64,000 bases of DNA from Roseomonas sp. (GTDB taxonomy: Bacteria; Pseudomonadota; Alphaproteobacteria; Acetobacterales; Acetobacteraceae), in assembly GCA_044341625.1 (NCBI GenBank), contig JBIIRI010000001.1, positions 6,325 to 70,324 on the forward strand, read 5' to 3'. The translations under genes and the position numbers were made by a program. This document shows positions 7,792 to 17,556 of this stretch, in pieces; the stretch's first letter is position 1; each line of letters opens with the position of its first letter. Below the pieces are notes generated by a model, which saw only the letters and a program-made list of their open reading frames with translations, was not told where the DNA came from and searched no databases.

Positions 7792-9828
7792 TCATGCGGG
7801 GCTGGAGTCCGCGAGCCCCCGCTTGCGGAGCAGCGCATCCACCTTCGGTGGCCGTCCGCGGAAAGCGGTGTAGAGCGCCATCGGGTCGGCGGTGTCGCCA
7901 GCCTGGAAGATCGCCTTCAGCCGGGCGGCAAGTTCGGGGTGGAAGGGGTCGCCCGCTTCCTCGAAGGCCTCGAAGCCGTCGGCGTCCAGCACCTCGGCCC
8001 AGAGGTAGAAGTAATAGCCCGCCGCATAGCCGCCGCCGGCAAACAGATGCCCGAAATGGATCGGGCGATGCCGCAGCCCGATGGCGGCGGGCATGCCGAT
8101 CTCGGCCAGGAAGGCGTCCTCGAAGGCGGCGAGGTCGAGGGAGCCAGGGTCGGGGTGGCGGTGCAGCGCCAGGTCGATCAGCGCGGAGGAGACGTATTCC
8201 ACCGTCGCGAAGCCCTGCCCGTCATTCCGTGCCGCCAGCAGCTTCGCCAACATCGCCTCCGGCAGCGCTTCGCCGGTGGCGTGATGGCGGGCATGGGTGC
8301 GGAGCGTCTCCGGCACCGACAGCCAATGCTCCATGACCTGGGAGGGGAACTCGACGAAATCGCCGAGCACGGCGGTGCCGGATTGGGATGGGTAGCGTGC
8401 GGTGCTCAGCAGCCCGTGCAGCGCGTGGCCGAATTCGTGGAACAGCGTGCGCGCATCGTCCCAGGACAGCAGCGTGGGCAGCGACTTCGCCAGGTTGTTG
8501 TTGTTGACGATGATCGGGGCCACACGCCCATCCAGCGCATCGGCCACGCGGAAGCTGCTCATCCAGGCGCCGGACCGCTTGCCGGGCCGGGCGAAGTTAT
8601 CCAGCAGGAAGACCCCGACATGCGCACCCGATGCGTCCTTCGCCTCGAAGGCGCGGACATCGGGATGGTAGGTCGGGATGTCGGCCCGCTCGGTCATCGC
8701 AAGGCCGAACAGGCGCCGCGCGGTGTCGAACAGCGCGCGCAGCATCGCCTCCAGCTCCAGATAGGGCTTCAGCGCGGCACCGTCGAAATCATGCCGGGCC
8801 TTGCGCGCGCGTTCGGCCCAGAAGCGCCAATCCCAGGCCTCGATCGGGGCGTTGTCGCCCTCGGCGCGGGCCAGTTCCTCTAGCTCCGCGCGTTCCGCCG
8901 CGGCGCGGCGCCGCGCGGGATCCCAGGCGGCGCGCAGAAGGCCCTCGGCGGCATCCGGGTGGCCGGCCATGGTGTCGGCCAGTCGGTATTCGGCATGGTC
9001 GGCAGCCCCCAGCAGCCGCGCGCGTTCGGCGCGGAGCGACAGGATCTCCCGCACCAGCGCGGCGTTGTCGCGGTCCGGATGCAGCGCGCCGCGCGCGACC
9101 CAGGCACGGAAGGCGCGCTCCCGCAGGTCGCGGCGGGCGGAGAAGGTCAGGAAGGGCTCCACGGAAGACCGCGCGAGGGTGATGACATAGCCCTCCGCCC
9201 CGCGTTCGCGCGCGGCTTCCGCGGCAGCGGCGCAAGCGAAATCGGGCAGGCCGTCGAGGTCGGCCGCCGTCAGCACCATCTGCCAGTCATTCTCATCGGC
9301 CAGCACATTCTGGCCGAAGCGCGTATGCAGCGTGGCCAGCCGGGTGGAGATCTCGGTCAGCCGCGTCCGCGCGGCTTCCTCCAGCGCCGCGCCGGCCCGC
9401 ACCAGATGCCGGTGCAGTCGGTCCAGCAGGCGAAGCTGGTCGGCCTCGAGGCCGAGTGCCGCGCGCCCTTCGAACAGCGAAGCCACGCGGCGGAAGATGG
9501 CGGGGTCGAGCGTGGTCTCGGTGCGATGGCGCGCGAGGCGCGGCGCGATCTCCCGCTCCACCGCCTGCAATGCCTCGGTCGCCTGGCTGGCGGCGAGGTT
9601 GAAGAAGGTGGCCGAGATCCGCCCGAGCAGCCGGCCGGCGCGTTCCAGCGCTTCCACCGTATTGGCGAAGCTGGGCGGCGCCGGGTCCGCGGCGATGGCG
9701 GCGAGTTCGACGCGGTGGGCCTCCATCGCGGCCTCGAAGGCCGGGGCGAAATGCGCCGGGCGGATGCGGTCGAAGGGGGGCACGCCGAAGGGCGTGGTCC
9801 AGGTTTCAAGCAGCGGATTGCCGGTCAT
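7792..9828 (-). CDS. dcp: M3 family peptidase (peptidyl-dipeptidase Dcp)
   Basis: FHEFGHALH zinc motif, DFVEFPSQ; start at MTGNPLL. Confidence 0.92.
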   Translation of the reverse strand: MTGNPLLETWTTPFGVPPFDRIRPAHFAPAFEAAMEAHRVELAAIAADPAPPSFANTVEALERAGRLLGRISATFFNLAASQATEALQAVEREIAPRLARHRTETTLDPAIFRRVASLFEGRAALGLEADQLRLLDRLHRHLVRAGAALEEAARTRLTEISTRLATLHTRFGQNVLADENDWQMVLTAADLDGLPDFACAAAAEAARERGAEGYVITLARSSVEPFLTFSARRDLRERAFRAWVARGALHPDRDNAALVREILSLRAERARLLGAADHAEYRLADTMAGHPDAAEGLLRAAWDPARRRAAAERAELEELARAEGDNAPIEAWDWRFWAERARKARHDFDGAALKPYLELEAMLRALFDTARRLFGLAMTERADIPTYHPDVRAFEAKDASGAHVGVFLLDNFARPGKRSGAWMSSFRVADALDGRVAPIIVNNNNLAKSLPTLLSWDDARTLFHEFGHALHGLLSTARYPSQSGTAVLGDFVEFPSQVMEHWLSVPETLRTHARHHATGEALPEAMLAKLLAARNDGQGFATVEYVSSALIDLALHRHPDPGSLDLAAFEDAFLAEIGMPAAIGLRHRPIHFGHLFAGGGYAAGYYFYLWAEVLDADGFEAFEEAGDPFHPELAARLKAIFQAGDTADPMALYTAFRGRPPKVDALLRKRGLADSSPA

Positions 9829-10039
9829 GCATCGTATCTGGCCCGTGCCCGGCCACACGTCCAGCACCGGCAGCGGCACGACGCGGCGGCGCAATCGCGC
9901 ATCTGTTGGATGCACGCTTCGCGATTCGGGCGTTGAGATCGCCACGCGCCGGCAGTCGCCGGCCGGGATCCTTACCAACCGGCCACCCTGTCCGGGCCGG
10001 ACCCGCCCAAGCCCCGGGCCTTCTCCCAGAGCGAGCACG

Positions 10040-10546
10040 ATGCACGACACCTTGCCGAGCTTCCCCCGCGCCGTCGTCGCCGCGGCGCTTCGTGGCGACG
10101 ATGCGCTGGCCCGCGCCGCCGCCGATGCCGCCGCCCCGCGCCGCCGCCTGGTCGGCGCGCTGCGCGACGCCCATGCCGAAGCCGCGCTCCGCATCGCCGC
10201 GCTGCGCGGCGCCGTCGAGGCTGGCCCCCCGCCCGTCTCGCGCGCCCTCCTCGCAAGGCTACTGGCGGAGGCGGAGGAACAGCAGCGTCGGCTGGAGACG
10301 GCCTTCGCCCATCTGCCCACGCGCCCGGCGGCGCGGCGGGCCGCGACGCCCCCGGCCGCCTGCGCAGCCCATCACGGCCCCGCCGCCCTGGCGGCCGAGG
10401 AACGGCGTGGCGCGGCCGAGGCGCGGGCGCTGCGGAACCTGGCGCATCTGGCGGGCCAGCATCTGGCGGCACGCCTGCTGGACCTGACGGCCGAGGAACG
10501 CGCCACCGCCGCGCGGGATATCGACCGGCTGGGGGCCTGTTCGTGA
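10040..10546 (+). CDS. Ala-rich helical hypothetical protein, possibly a degenerate DUF892/ferritin-like fold
   Basis: DAHAEA, EEQQRRLETAF and EERATA segments echo DUF892 helices; similarity is weak. Confidence 0.4.
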   Translation: MHDTLPSFPRAVVAAALRGDDALARAAADAAAPRRRLVGALRDAHAEAALRIAALRGAVEAGPPPVSRALLARLLAEAEEQQRRLETAFAHLPTRPAARRAATPPAACAAHHGPAALAAEERRGAAEARALRNLAHLAGQHLAARLLDLTAEERATAARDIDRLGACS

Positions 10547-10558
10547 GGTGCTGGCGCT

Positions 10559-11461
10559 TCAGTTCGAAGACGTGCCGGCGCGGCTCTTGTCCCGCAGCAT
10601 GCGGATGATGCCGGAGAAATCCGTCCCGGCCCCGCCGGCCTCCACGAACTCCGCATAGAGTTCCAGCGCCCGCGCGCCCATCGGCGTCGCGGCCCCCGCC
10701 TGCGCGGCGGCCTGCTGCGCAAGGCCGAGATCCTTCAGCATCAGCGCGCCCGCGAAGCCCGGTTGGTAGTCCCGGTTGGCGGGGCTGCCCGGCACCGGGC
10801 CGGGCACCGGGCAATAGGTGGTCAGGCTCCAGGACTGGCCCGAGGATTTCGACGCCACGTCGAACAGCGCCTGGTGGGACAGGCCGAGCGTCTCGGCCAG
10901 CACGAAGGCCTCGCAGGTCGCGATCATCGTGGCGGCCAGGATCATGTTGTTGCAGGCCTTTGCCGCCTGCCCGGCGCCCGCCCCGCCGCAATGGATCGCC
11001 GCCCGGCCCATGCGCTGCAGGATCGGCTCCGCCGCGCGAAAGGCCGCTTCGGGGCCGCCCACCATGAAGGTGAGCGTCGCCGCTTCCGCCCCCATCACCC
11101 CGCCGGAGACGGGGGCGTCGAGGAAGGCCCGCCCACAGCCAGCGGCGACCTCACGCGCGATCGCGACATCGATGGTGGAGCAGTCGATCAGGATGGCGTC
11201 CGCACGGCTGGCCGCCGCCATGCCGCCGGCGCCGAGCCAGGCCTCCCGCACCTGGACGCCTGCGGGCAGCATGGTGACGACCAGATCGGCCCCGCGGGCG
11301 GCCTCGGCGGCGGAGGCGGCGGCCGTCGCGCCCGCTTCGGCACAGCGCGCCACGAGCTCTGGGACGATGTCGAAAACCGCGACGTGATGCCCGGCCTTCG
11401 CCAGGTTCCGCGCCATCGGCCCGCCCATATTGCCGAGACCCACGAAGCCGATGCGCGCCAT
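10559..11461 (-). CDS. mmsB: 3-hydroxyisobutyrate dehydrogenase
   Basis: GFVGLGNMGGPMA, FLDAPVSGG, KACNN, YCPVPG. Confidence 0.95.
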   Translation of the reverse strand: MARIGFVGLGNMGGPMARNLAKAGHHVAVFDIVPELVARCAEAGATAAASAAEAARGADLVVTMLPAGVQVREAWLGAGGMAAASRADAILIDCSTIDVAIAREVAAGCGRAFLDAPVSGGVMGAEAATLTFMVGGPEAAFRAAEPILQRMGRAAIHCGGAGAGQAAKACNNMILAATMIATCEAFVLAETLGLSHQALFDVASKSSGQSWSLTTYCPVPGPVPGSPANRDYQPGFAGALMLKDLGLAQQAAAQAGAATPMGARALELYAEFVEAGGAGTDFSGIIRMLRDKSRAGTSSN

Positions 11462-11547
11462 GCCGGTTCCTCCGCCTGTCCGTCGCGGGAAGACTAGGCG
11501 AGGGCGCCGCGCGGCGCGAGGCCCCGGCAGGTGGGGGCGCCCCATGC

Positions 11548-11562
11548 TGGCACGAGTCTTGC
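11548..11562 (+). promoter_or_regulatory. sigma54 (-24/-12) promoter TGGCAC-N5-TTGC
   Basis: TGGCACGAGTCTTGC matches the consensus exactly; predicted +1 near 11574. Confidence 0.65.
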
Positions 11563-11574
11563 GGAGCGGGACGC

Positions 11575-12333
11575 ATGCGCGTCCTGGTGCTCGCCCTTCT
11601 GCTGCTGACCCCCACCGCCCTGCGGGCCGAGCCCGGCCGGCTGTGCCGCGCCGCCATCCAGGCGGCGGAACGCGCGGCCGGCATCCCGGCCCAGCTTCTC
11701 ATGGCCATCGGGCGGGTCGAATCCGGCCGGCGGGACCCGGAGACGGGCGCCTTCCACCCCTGGCCCTGGACCATCAATGCCGAGGGACGTGGGCAGTTTT
11801 TTCCCACCAAGGCGGCAGCCATCGCCGAGGTACAGGCCCTTCAGGCCCGGGGCGTGCGGTCCATCGATATCGGCTGCATGCAGGTGAACCTGCGCCACCA
11901 CCCAAACGCCTTCCCCAGCCTCGACGCCGCCTTCGACCCGGCCACCAATGCCGCCTATGCCGCCCGCTTCCTGACGGAGCTGAAGACCAGCCGCGGCGAT
12001 TGGCAGGCCGCGGCGGCCGCCTATCATTCCCACACGCCCGAATTCGCCGCCCCCTATCGCGCCCGCGTGCTGGCGGCCTGGGCCGAAGAGCAGGCGCGGC
12101 CCCATCCCCCCGTGGCGCCGCCCACCACGGTCGCGGCGCGCAGCCTGCCGGTCGGGCCAATGGGGGGCGGCGGGACGATGCTGTCCAACGGCGCGGACCG
12201 AATCCCGATGCCGACCAGCGGGCCGACAGGGGCGGGCCGAGGGCTCGATGCCTATCGCAGCGTGCCGGTTCCGATCGCCGGCCGGCCGCCGCTGGTGCGC
12301 ACGCTGCTGGCGCGCTCGACCACAGCGCCTTGA
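11575..12333 (+). CDS. Lytic transglycosylase (SLT domain), SltF-like
   Basis: Signal peptide, RVES catalytic Glu, WPWTIN, IDIGCMQVN; Pro-rich C-terminus. Confidence 0.85.
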   Translation: MRVLVLALLLLTPTALRAEPGRLCRAAIQAAERAAGIPAQLLMAIGRVESGRRDPETGAFHPWPWTINAEGRGQFFPTKAAAIAEVQALQARGVRSIDIGCMQVNLRHHPNAFPSLDAAFDPATNAAYAARFLTELKTSRGDWQAAAAAYHSHTPEFAAPYRARVLAAWAEEQARPHPPVAPPTTVAARSLPVGPMGGGGTMLSNGADRIPMPTSGPTGAGRGLDAYRSVPVPIAGRPPLVRTLLARSTTAP

Positions 12334-12388
12334 GCGGCGATATCGCTCGACACGCCTTCGCCCAGCCCCCAGATGGGGGGACATGGAC

Positions 12389-12895
12389 ATGAGTTCGGCG
12401 CTCGCCCTCGGCGGCTTCATCCTCGCCTGCTTCGCGGCATCCGCGACCGGTGCGCTGTTCAAGCCCGGCGCCTGGTATGCGCGGCTCAGGAAGCCCTGGT
12501 TCAACCCGCCCAACTGGCTGTTCCCCATTGCGTGGGCGCTGCTGTACCTGTCCATCGCGGTCGCGGCCTGGCTGGTCTGGCGGCAGGCGGGCTTCGGGGC
12601 GCCGATCCTGCTCTGGACCGTCTCGCTGCTGCTGAACGCGGCCTGGTCCTGGATCTTCTTCGGCCTGCGCCGGATGGATTGGGCGCTGGCGGAACTCGCG
12701 CTGTTCTGGGTCTCGATCGCGGCGATGATTGCCGTCTTCGCCCCGGTCAGCGCGACGGCGGCGTGGCTGCTGGTGCCCTACCTCGTCTGGGTGAGCTTCG
12801 CCGGCTTCCTGAACTGGACCCTGTGGCGCCTGAACCCGGCCGAGAACGGCGCGCCGGAGAACACACCCGTCGACCCGCGGCAGGCTGCCGGATAG
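12389..12895 (+). CDS. tspO: TspO/MBR tryptophan-rich sensory protein
   Basis: WYARLRKPWFNPPNWLF, LNAAWSWIFF, PYLVWVSFA; start could also be 12383. Confidence 0.92.
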   Translation: MSSALALGGFILACFAASATGALFKPGAWYARLRKPWFNPPNWLFPIAWALLYLSIAVAAWLVWRQAGFGAPILLWTVSLLLNAAWSWIFFGLRRMDWALAELALFWVSIAAMIAVFAPVSATAAWLLVPYLVWVSFAGFLNWTLWRLNPAENGAPENTPVDPRQAAG

Positions 12896-12925
12896 GCTGA
12901 GCGCCTCAAGATCAGGAATCGGCTG

Positions 12926-13675
12926 ATGAACGCGGAACGCCAGCGCGTGGTGCTGGTGACGGGCGCGGCATCGGGGATCGGCGCGGCCTGCTGCCGGCGA
13001 TTGGCGGCGCCCGGCACCTCGATCCTGGTGCATACACGCAAGAACGCCGAGGGCGCGGAACGCGTCGCCGCCGCGGTGCGCGCTGCGGGTGGGGAAGCGG
13101 CGGTGATGCTCGGCGACATCGCCGATGCGGCGCTGCCGGCCGCGCTGGTGGAAGGCGCCGTCGGGCGCTTCGGGCGGCTCGACACGGTGATCCACGCCGC
13201 GGGCTTCGCCGACAAGACGCCCTTCGCCGAAGCCCAGGACGCCACCTTCGCCAAATCGCTGGATACGGTGCTGTGGGGCTTCATCCGTCTGGCGCGCGCG
13301 GCGCTGCCGCATCTGCGGGACGGGCGGATCGTCGCGATCTCCTCCTTCGTCGCGCATGTCTTCCGCACCGATGTCGCGACCTTCCCCGCCAGTGCCGCGG
13401 CCAAGGCGGGGATGGAGGCGCTGGTGCGCACGCTGGCGGTGGAAGCGGCGGCGGCCGGCACCACGGTCAATGCCGTCTCGCCCGGCTACACGCGGAAGGA
13501 CCCGGGCGCGCATGCCGCGCTGAGCGCGGCGCATTGGGATGCGGTCGCGGCGAAGATCCCGCTGCAGCGGCTCGGCACGCCGGAGGATGTCGCGGCGATG
13601 GTCGCCTTCCTGGCCTCGGCCGAGGCCGGCTACGTCACCGGCCAGGTGATCCATGTGAATGGCGGGCTGATCTGA
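12926..13675 (+). CDS. SDR family oxidoreductase (atypical catalytic motif)
   Basis: TGAASGIG, NAVSPG, VTGQVIHVNGG; YxxxK reads SAAAK. Confidence 0.88.
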   Translation: MNAERQRVVLVTGAASGIGAACCRRLAAPGTSILVHTRKNAEGAERVAAAVRAAGGEAAVMLGDIADAALPAALVEGAVGRFGRLDTVIHAAGFADKTPFAEAQDATFAKSLDTVLWGFIRLARAALPHLRDGRIVAISSFVAHVFRTDVATFPASAAAKAGMEALVRTLAVEAAAAGTTVNAVSPGYTRKDPGAHAALSAAHWDAVAAKIPLQRLGTPEDVAAMVAFLASAEAGYVTGQVIHVNGGLI

Positions 13676-13694
13676 AGACTGCCCCCATGATGCG

Positions 13695-13724
13695 AAAAGG
13701 CCCGCCACCTTGCGGTGACGGGCC
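13695..13724 (-). terminator. Rho-independent terminator
   Basis: GGCCCG-CCACC/TTGC/GGTGA-CGGGCC hairpin with AAAA on its left, giving a U-tract on the minus strand. Confidence 0.7.
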
Positions 13725-13750
13725 CTGTCGTCAGGCGATGTGCGCCGGCT

Positions 13751-15343
13751 TCAGTTGCCGCGCATGCGGACGTGGCGGAGTTCCAGGTCCTCGGCGACGC
13801 GCATGGTGAAGTCGGCCACCGTCTCGCGCACCGCGAAGATCTGCGGCTCCTGGTGCAGCGGGATCATCGGCAGCAGGTCGCGGAAGCGGGTCCAGTACTC
13901 GGTCGCCAGCTGCTGGCGGCGCGGGTCCTGCGGCGAGATCGTGCCGATCTCCCGCGCCAGCTCGTTCATGCGGGCGTCGTTGAACTTGCCCCAGTTGAAG
14001 CTGCCCTCGCCCAGCAGCTCACGCGCCGGGTTGGTCATGTCGAAGTTACCCGGCGTCCAGCCCAGCAGATAGAACTGGAATTCGCCATTGCCGCCGCCCT
14101 GGAGGAAGCGGCCGAAGGGCATCGCATTCAGCCGCGCCTGGATGCCGACGCGCTGCAGCATCGCGGTCGCGGCCTGGCAGATCGCCTCGTCATTCACATA
14201 GCGGTTGTTCGGGCAGTTCAGCGTGATGCGGAAGCCGTTCGGATAGCCGGCCTCCGTCAGCAGGCGGCGCGCCGCGTCGGGGTCGAAGGGCAGGCGCTCG
14301 GCCAGGGCCGGGACATGGCCGCCGATGGCGGTGCCGATCGGCAGGCCGGAGGCGACGGTCGAGTTGCGCAGGATCACGCGGGTGATCGTGCCCATATCGA
14401 TGGCCTGGTACATCGCCCGGCGCACGCGCACGTCGCGCAGCGGGTTGGGGCGGCCGGGCTCATCCAGGCTCTCGGCGCGCTCGACATCCATCGCGAAATA
14501 GATGCTGCGCGCCGTCGGGCCCTGCACCAGGCGCACGCCCTGCGCCTGCTGCACCTGCTGCACGTTCTGCAGCGGCACATGGTACATCACGTCCAGCTCG
14601 CGCGAGAGCAGCGCGGCAAGCCGCGTCGGCGCGGAGGCGATCGGGCGGAACACCGCGCGCGTGATGCCGTGGTTCATCGCCGCGGCGTTCCAGTAGGTCG
14701 GGTTCGGCACCAGCACGGTGCGCTCATCCGCGACCCGCTCCACCACGCGGAAGGGGCCGGTGCCCATGGCGTTGAGCTGCGGGAAGGCGGTGTTGGCGCC
14801 CGGCTGCCCGGCGCGCGCGACGCCCATCGCGTTGTTCGCCTGGACCCAGTTGCGGCTCATGATGAAGAACAGCGTCAGGTCCTGCAGCAGGATCGGATTC
14901 GGGCCGCGCGTCTCCATCTCGACCGTGTGGTCGTCGATGGCGCGGACGGCGGTGACCGACTGCAGCGTGTAGGCCATGTCGTTCTGGCGCACACGCTCGG
15001 CCGACATCACGACATCGGCGGCGGTGAAGGGCGTGCCGTCATGGAAGCGGACATTGCGGCGCAGGTGGAAGCGCCAGGTGTTCGCGGTCGGCTGTTCCCA
15101 GCGCTCGGCGAGCGCGGCGGCCAGGCTGCCATCGGCCTCGCGGCGGACCAGCGGCTCATAGAAATTGCTCTTCATGGCGTTGGTCACGCCATGGTTGTTG
15201 GCATGCGGGTCGAGGCCGAGGATGTCGTTCGCCGTCGCCCAGGTGAAGGTCGTCGCACCCGCCGGCGCGGCCATGGCGGCCGCGCCCAGGGTCAGGGCAC
15301 ACACCGCCCCGCGCAGCACGGCGCGGAAGCTCATCTTGCGCAT
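13751..15343 (-). CDS. ABC transporter substrate-binding protein, family 5 (peptide/opine/nickel)
   Basis: [26 protein letters not shown]; signal peptide. Confidence 0.92.
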   Translation of the reverse strand: MRKMSFRAVLRGAVCALTLGAAAMAAPAGATTFTWATANDILGLDPHANNHGVTNAMKSNFYEPLVRREADGSLAAALAERWEQPTANTWRFHLRRNVRFHDGTPFTAADVVMSAERVRQNDMAYTLQSVTAVRAIDDHTVEMETRGPNPILLQDLTLFFIMSRNWVQANNAMGVARAGQPGANTAFPQLNAMGTGPFRVVERVADERTVLVPNPTYWNAAAMNHGITRAVFRPIASAPTRLAALLSRELDVMYHVPLQNVQQVQQAQGVRLVQGPTARSIYFAMDVERAESLDEPGRPNPLRDVRVRRAMYQAIDMGTITRVILRNSTVASGLPIGTAIGGHVPALAERLPFDPDAARRLLTEAGYPNGFRITLNCPNNRYVNDEAICQAATAMLQRVGIQARLNAMPFGRFLQGGGNGEFQFYLLGWTPGNFDMTNPARELLGEGSFNWGKFNDARMNELAREIGTISPQDPRRQQLATEYWTRFRDLLPMIPLHQEPQIFAVRETVADFTMRVAEDLELRHVRMRGN

Positions 15344-15558
15344 GTTCTCTATCGCCTCCCGGTAGGTATGGATGGGTGGACAATGCGTCACACCGCCCAG
15401 CCCTGTCCAGGGTGGCCAGCCGTGGCCGCCGCCCCCCTGGCCCACCCCTGGCCCGCCCCCTTGGGCCCGGCCGCAACCCGGCGTTGCGGCCCCGGCCCTG
15501 GACAATCCGGCCCGATCGGGCCAAGACGCCCCCTTTCCCGCTGTCCGGAGCCTGCCCC

Positions 15559-15849
15559 ATGACATCGCCGGTGTTCGACCGCATCGCAGAGATCATCGCC
15601 GAAAACAGCGAAGTCCCGGCCGACAAGATCAAGCCGGAGGCGCATGTGATCAACGACCTCGGCATCGACAGCCTGGACTTCCTCGACATCGTCTTCGCCA
15701 TCGACAAGGCCTTCGGCATCAAGGTGCCGGTGGAGGCCTGGACGCAGGAAGTGAACGCCGGCAAGGCGCCGGCCGAGCACTACTTCGTCATGGGCAACCT
15801 GGCCCAGCGGATCGAGGAACTGGTCGCCGCGAAGCAGGCCGGCGGCTGA
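15559..15849 (+). CDS. acpXL: Specialised acyl carrier protein AcpXL
   Basis: [35 protein letters not shown] is the AcpXL signature. Confidence 0.93.
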   Translation: MTSPVFDRIAEIIAENSEVPADKIKPEAHVINDLGIDSLDFLDIVFAIDKAFGIKVPVEAWTQEVNAGKAPAEHYFVMGNLAQRIEELVAAKQAGG

Positions 15850-15882
15850 ACCGACCGGCGCAACGCGAAAGGCCAGGGCGCC

Positions 15883-16338
15883 ATGCGGCTCGAATACTTC
15901 CAGATGGTCGACCGCGTGGTCGCCCTCTCGGCGGAGGAGATCACGGTCGCCTCCACCCTGCCGCAGGAAAGCCCGGTCTTCGAAGGGCACTTCCCAGGCT
16001 ACCCCATCCTGCCCGGCGTCCTGATGGTCGAGACCATGGCCCAGACCGGCGGCTGGCTGCTGCTGGCGCTCAACGGCATGACCCGGATGCCCTTCCTGAC
16101 CAAGGTGAATGAGGCGAAGTTCCGCGGCTTCGTCAGCCCCGGCGCCGAATTGCTGGTGCGGTCCCGCCTGACGCATGACGGATCGGGCTACGCGGTGACC
16201 GCGGCGCGGATCGAGGCCGGCGGCAAGCTGGTGGCGGAAGCGGACATCACCTTCCGCGTCATGCCCTTCCCCGCACCGGCCCTGGAAGCGATGATGCGCG
16301 AGACGGCGCGCCGAATCGGCCTGCCTGGACAGTCCTGA
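15883..16338 (+). CDS. fabZXL: 3-hydroxyacyl-ACP dehydratase FabZXL
   Basis: FEGHFPGYPILPGVLMVETMAQ; position in the XL cluster. Confidence 0.88.
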   Translation: MRLEYFQMVDRVVALSAEEITVASTLPQESPVFEGHFPGYPILPGVLMVETMAQTGGWLLLALNGMTRMPFLTKVNEAKFRGFVSPGAELLVRSRLTHDGSGYAVTAARIEAGGKLVAEADITFRVMPFPAPALEAMMRETARRIGLPGQS

Positions 16339-16341
16339 CGC

Positions 16342-17556
16342 ATGGCAGCGAACGACATCTGGATCACCGGGATCGGCCTGGTGTCCTCAGCCGGCGAAGG
16401 CCGCGCGGCGCATCTGGCCGCGCTCGCGGCGGCAGGCCCGGCGGCGCTTGATGCCGCCAGTTTCGCGCCCTTCGCCATCCACCCCGGCCCCGCGTTGGAA
16501 CTCGACCGGCAGATCCCCAAGAAGGGCGACCAGCGCCAGATGGAGCCCTGGCAGCGGCTGGGCACCTATGCGGCGGGCCTTGCCATCGACGATGCCGGCG
16601 CGCGCGACCTGGTGGCGGAGATGGACCTGATCGTCGCAGCCGGCGGCGGGGAACGCGACATCGCGCTGGACGATCAGGTGCTGTCCGCGCTCGCTCCGCT
16701 GCCGCCCGCGGAAGCGGCGGTGAAGCTGAACGAGATGCTGGCGGGCGGGCTGCGGCCGACGCTGTTCCTCGCCCAGCTGTCCAATCTTCTGGCCGGCAAC
16801 ATCTCCATCGTCCATGGCGTCACCGGCGCCTCCCGCACCTTCATGGGGGAGGAACAGGCCGGCGCGGATGCCGTGCGGATCGCGGCCGCGCGGCTGGCGG
16901 AGGGATCCTCGCGCATCGCCCTGGTCGGCGGGGCCTATTCGGCCGCGCGCTGGGACATGCTGCTGCTGTATCACGCGGGCGGGCTGCTGCGGCACCAGAC
17001 GCAGGGCGCGCCCTGGGCCCCGGTCTTCTCGCGGGAAGACGCGCCAGGCGCCGTCACCGGCACCCAGGCCGCCTTCCTGGTGCTGGAGACGGAAGCGGGC
17101 GCGCGGGCGCGCGGGGCGAAGGGTCTCGCGCGGCTCGGCGCCATCGCCACCGGCCAGGCCCGCCGCACCCCGGCCGATCCGGGGCATGAGGCGATGGCCC
17201 AGGCCTTCCGGCGCATCGCGCCCCGCCTTGCCCCCGGCCGCCTGCCGGTGATCTCCGGCTGTACCGGCGCCACCGCGGCCACGGTGCTGGAGCGGGAAGT
17301 GCTGGGCGGCCTCTACCAGCCGCTCGCGGTGCGCGCGACCGGCAGCCGCATCGGCTGGGGGGTGGAAGCGACCTTCCCCGCCAATGTGGCGCTCGCCGCA
17401 CTATGTCTGTTGGAAGGCGTCTTCCCCGCCCCGATGGAAGCGCTGGAGGCGCCGCTGGACGGCGCGCCCGCCGACATCCTCGTCACCGGCTTCGCCGCCT
17501 GGCGCGGGGAAGCGATGGCCCATCTGGCCGCGATTCCGGCGGAGGCGCAGCCATGA
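16342..17556 (+). CDS. fabF2XL: beta-ketoacyl-ACP synthase-like FabF2XL (non-catalytic type)
   Basis: KS fold, IPKKGDQRQME, LRPTLFLAQLSNL; no active-site Cys. Confidence 0.82.
   Translation: MAANDIWITGIGLVSSAGEGRAAHLAALAAAGPAALDAASFAPFAIHPGPALELDRQIPKKGDQRQMEPWQRLGTYAAGLAIDDAGARDLVAEMDLIVAAGGGERDIALDDQVLSALAPLPPAEAAVKLNEMLAGGLRPTLFLAQLSNLLAGNISIVHGVTGASRTFMGEEQAGADAVRIAAARLAEGSSRIALVGGAYSAARWDMLLLYHAGGLLRHQTQGAPWAPVFSREDAPGAVTGTQAAFLVLETEAGARARGAKGLARLGAIATGQARRTPADPGHEAMAQAFRRIAPRLAPGRLPVISGCTGATAATVLEREVLGGLYQPLAVRATGSRIGWGVEATFPANVALAALCLLEGVFPAPMEALEAPLDGAPADILVTGFAAWRGEAMAHLAAIPAEAQP

Noticed and set aside
9829-10320. N-terminal extension of Dcp in the ORF track
   Set aside because: Low-complexity sequence overlapping the opposite-strand gene; homology begins at MTGNPLL (9828).
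15377-15506. TGGACAAT direct repeats, TGGCC runs and a 9-bp hairpin between the SBP gene and acpXL
   Set aside because: Could be regulatory, but the spacing is irregular and such patterns are expected by chance at this GC content.
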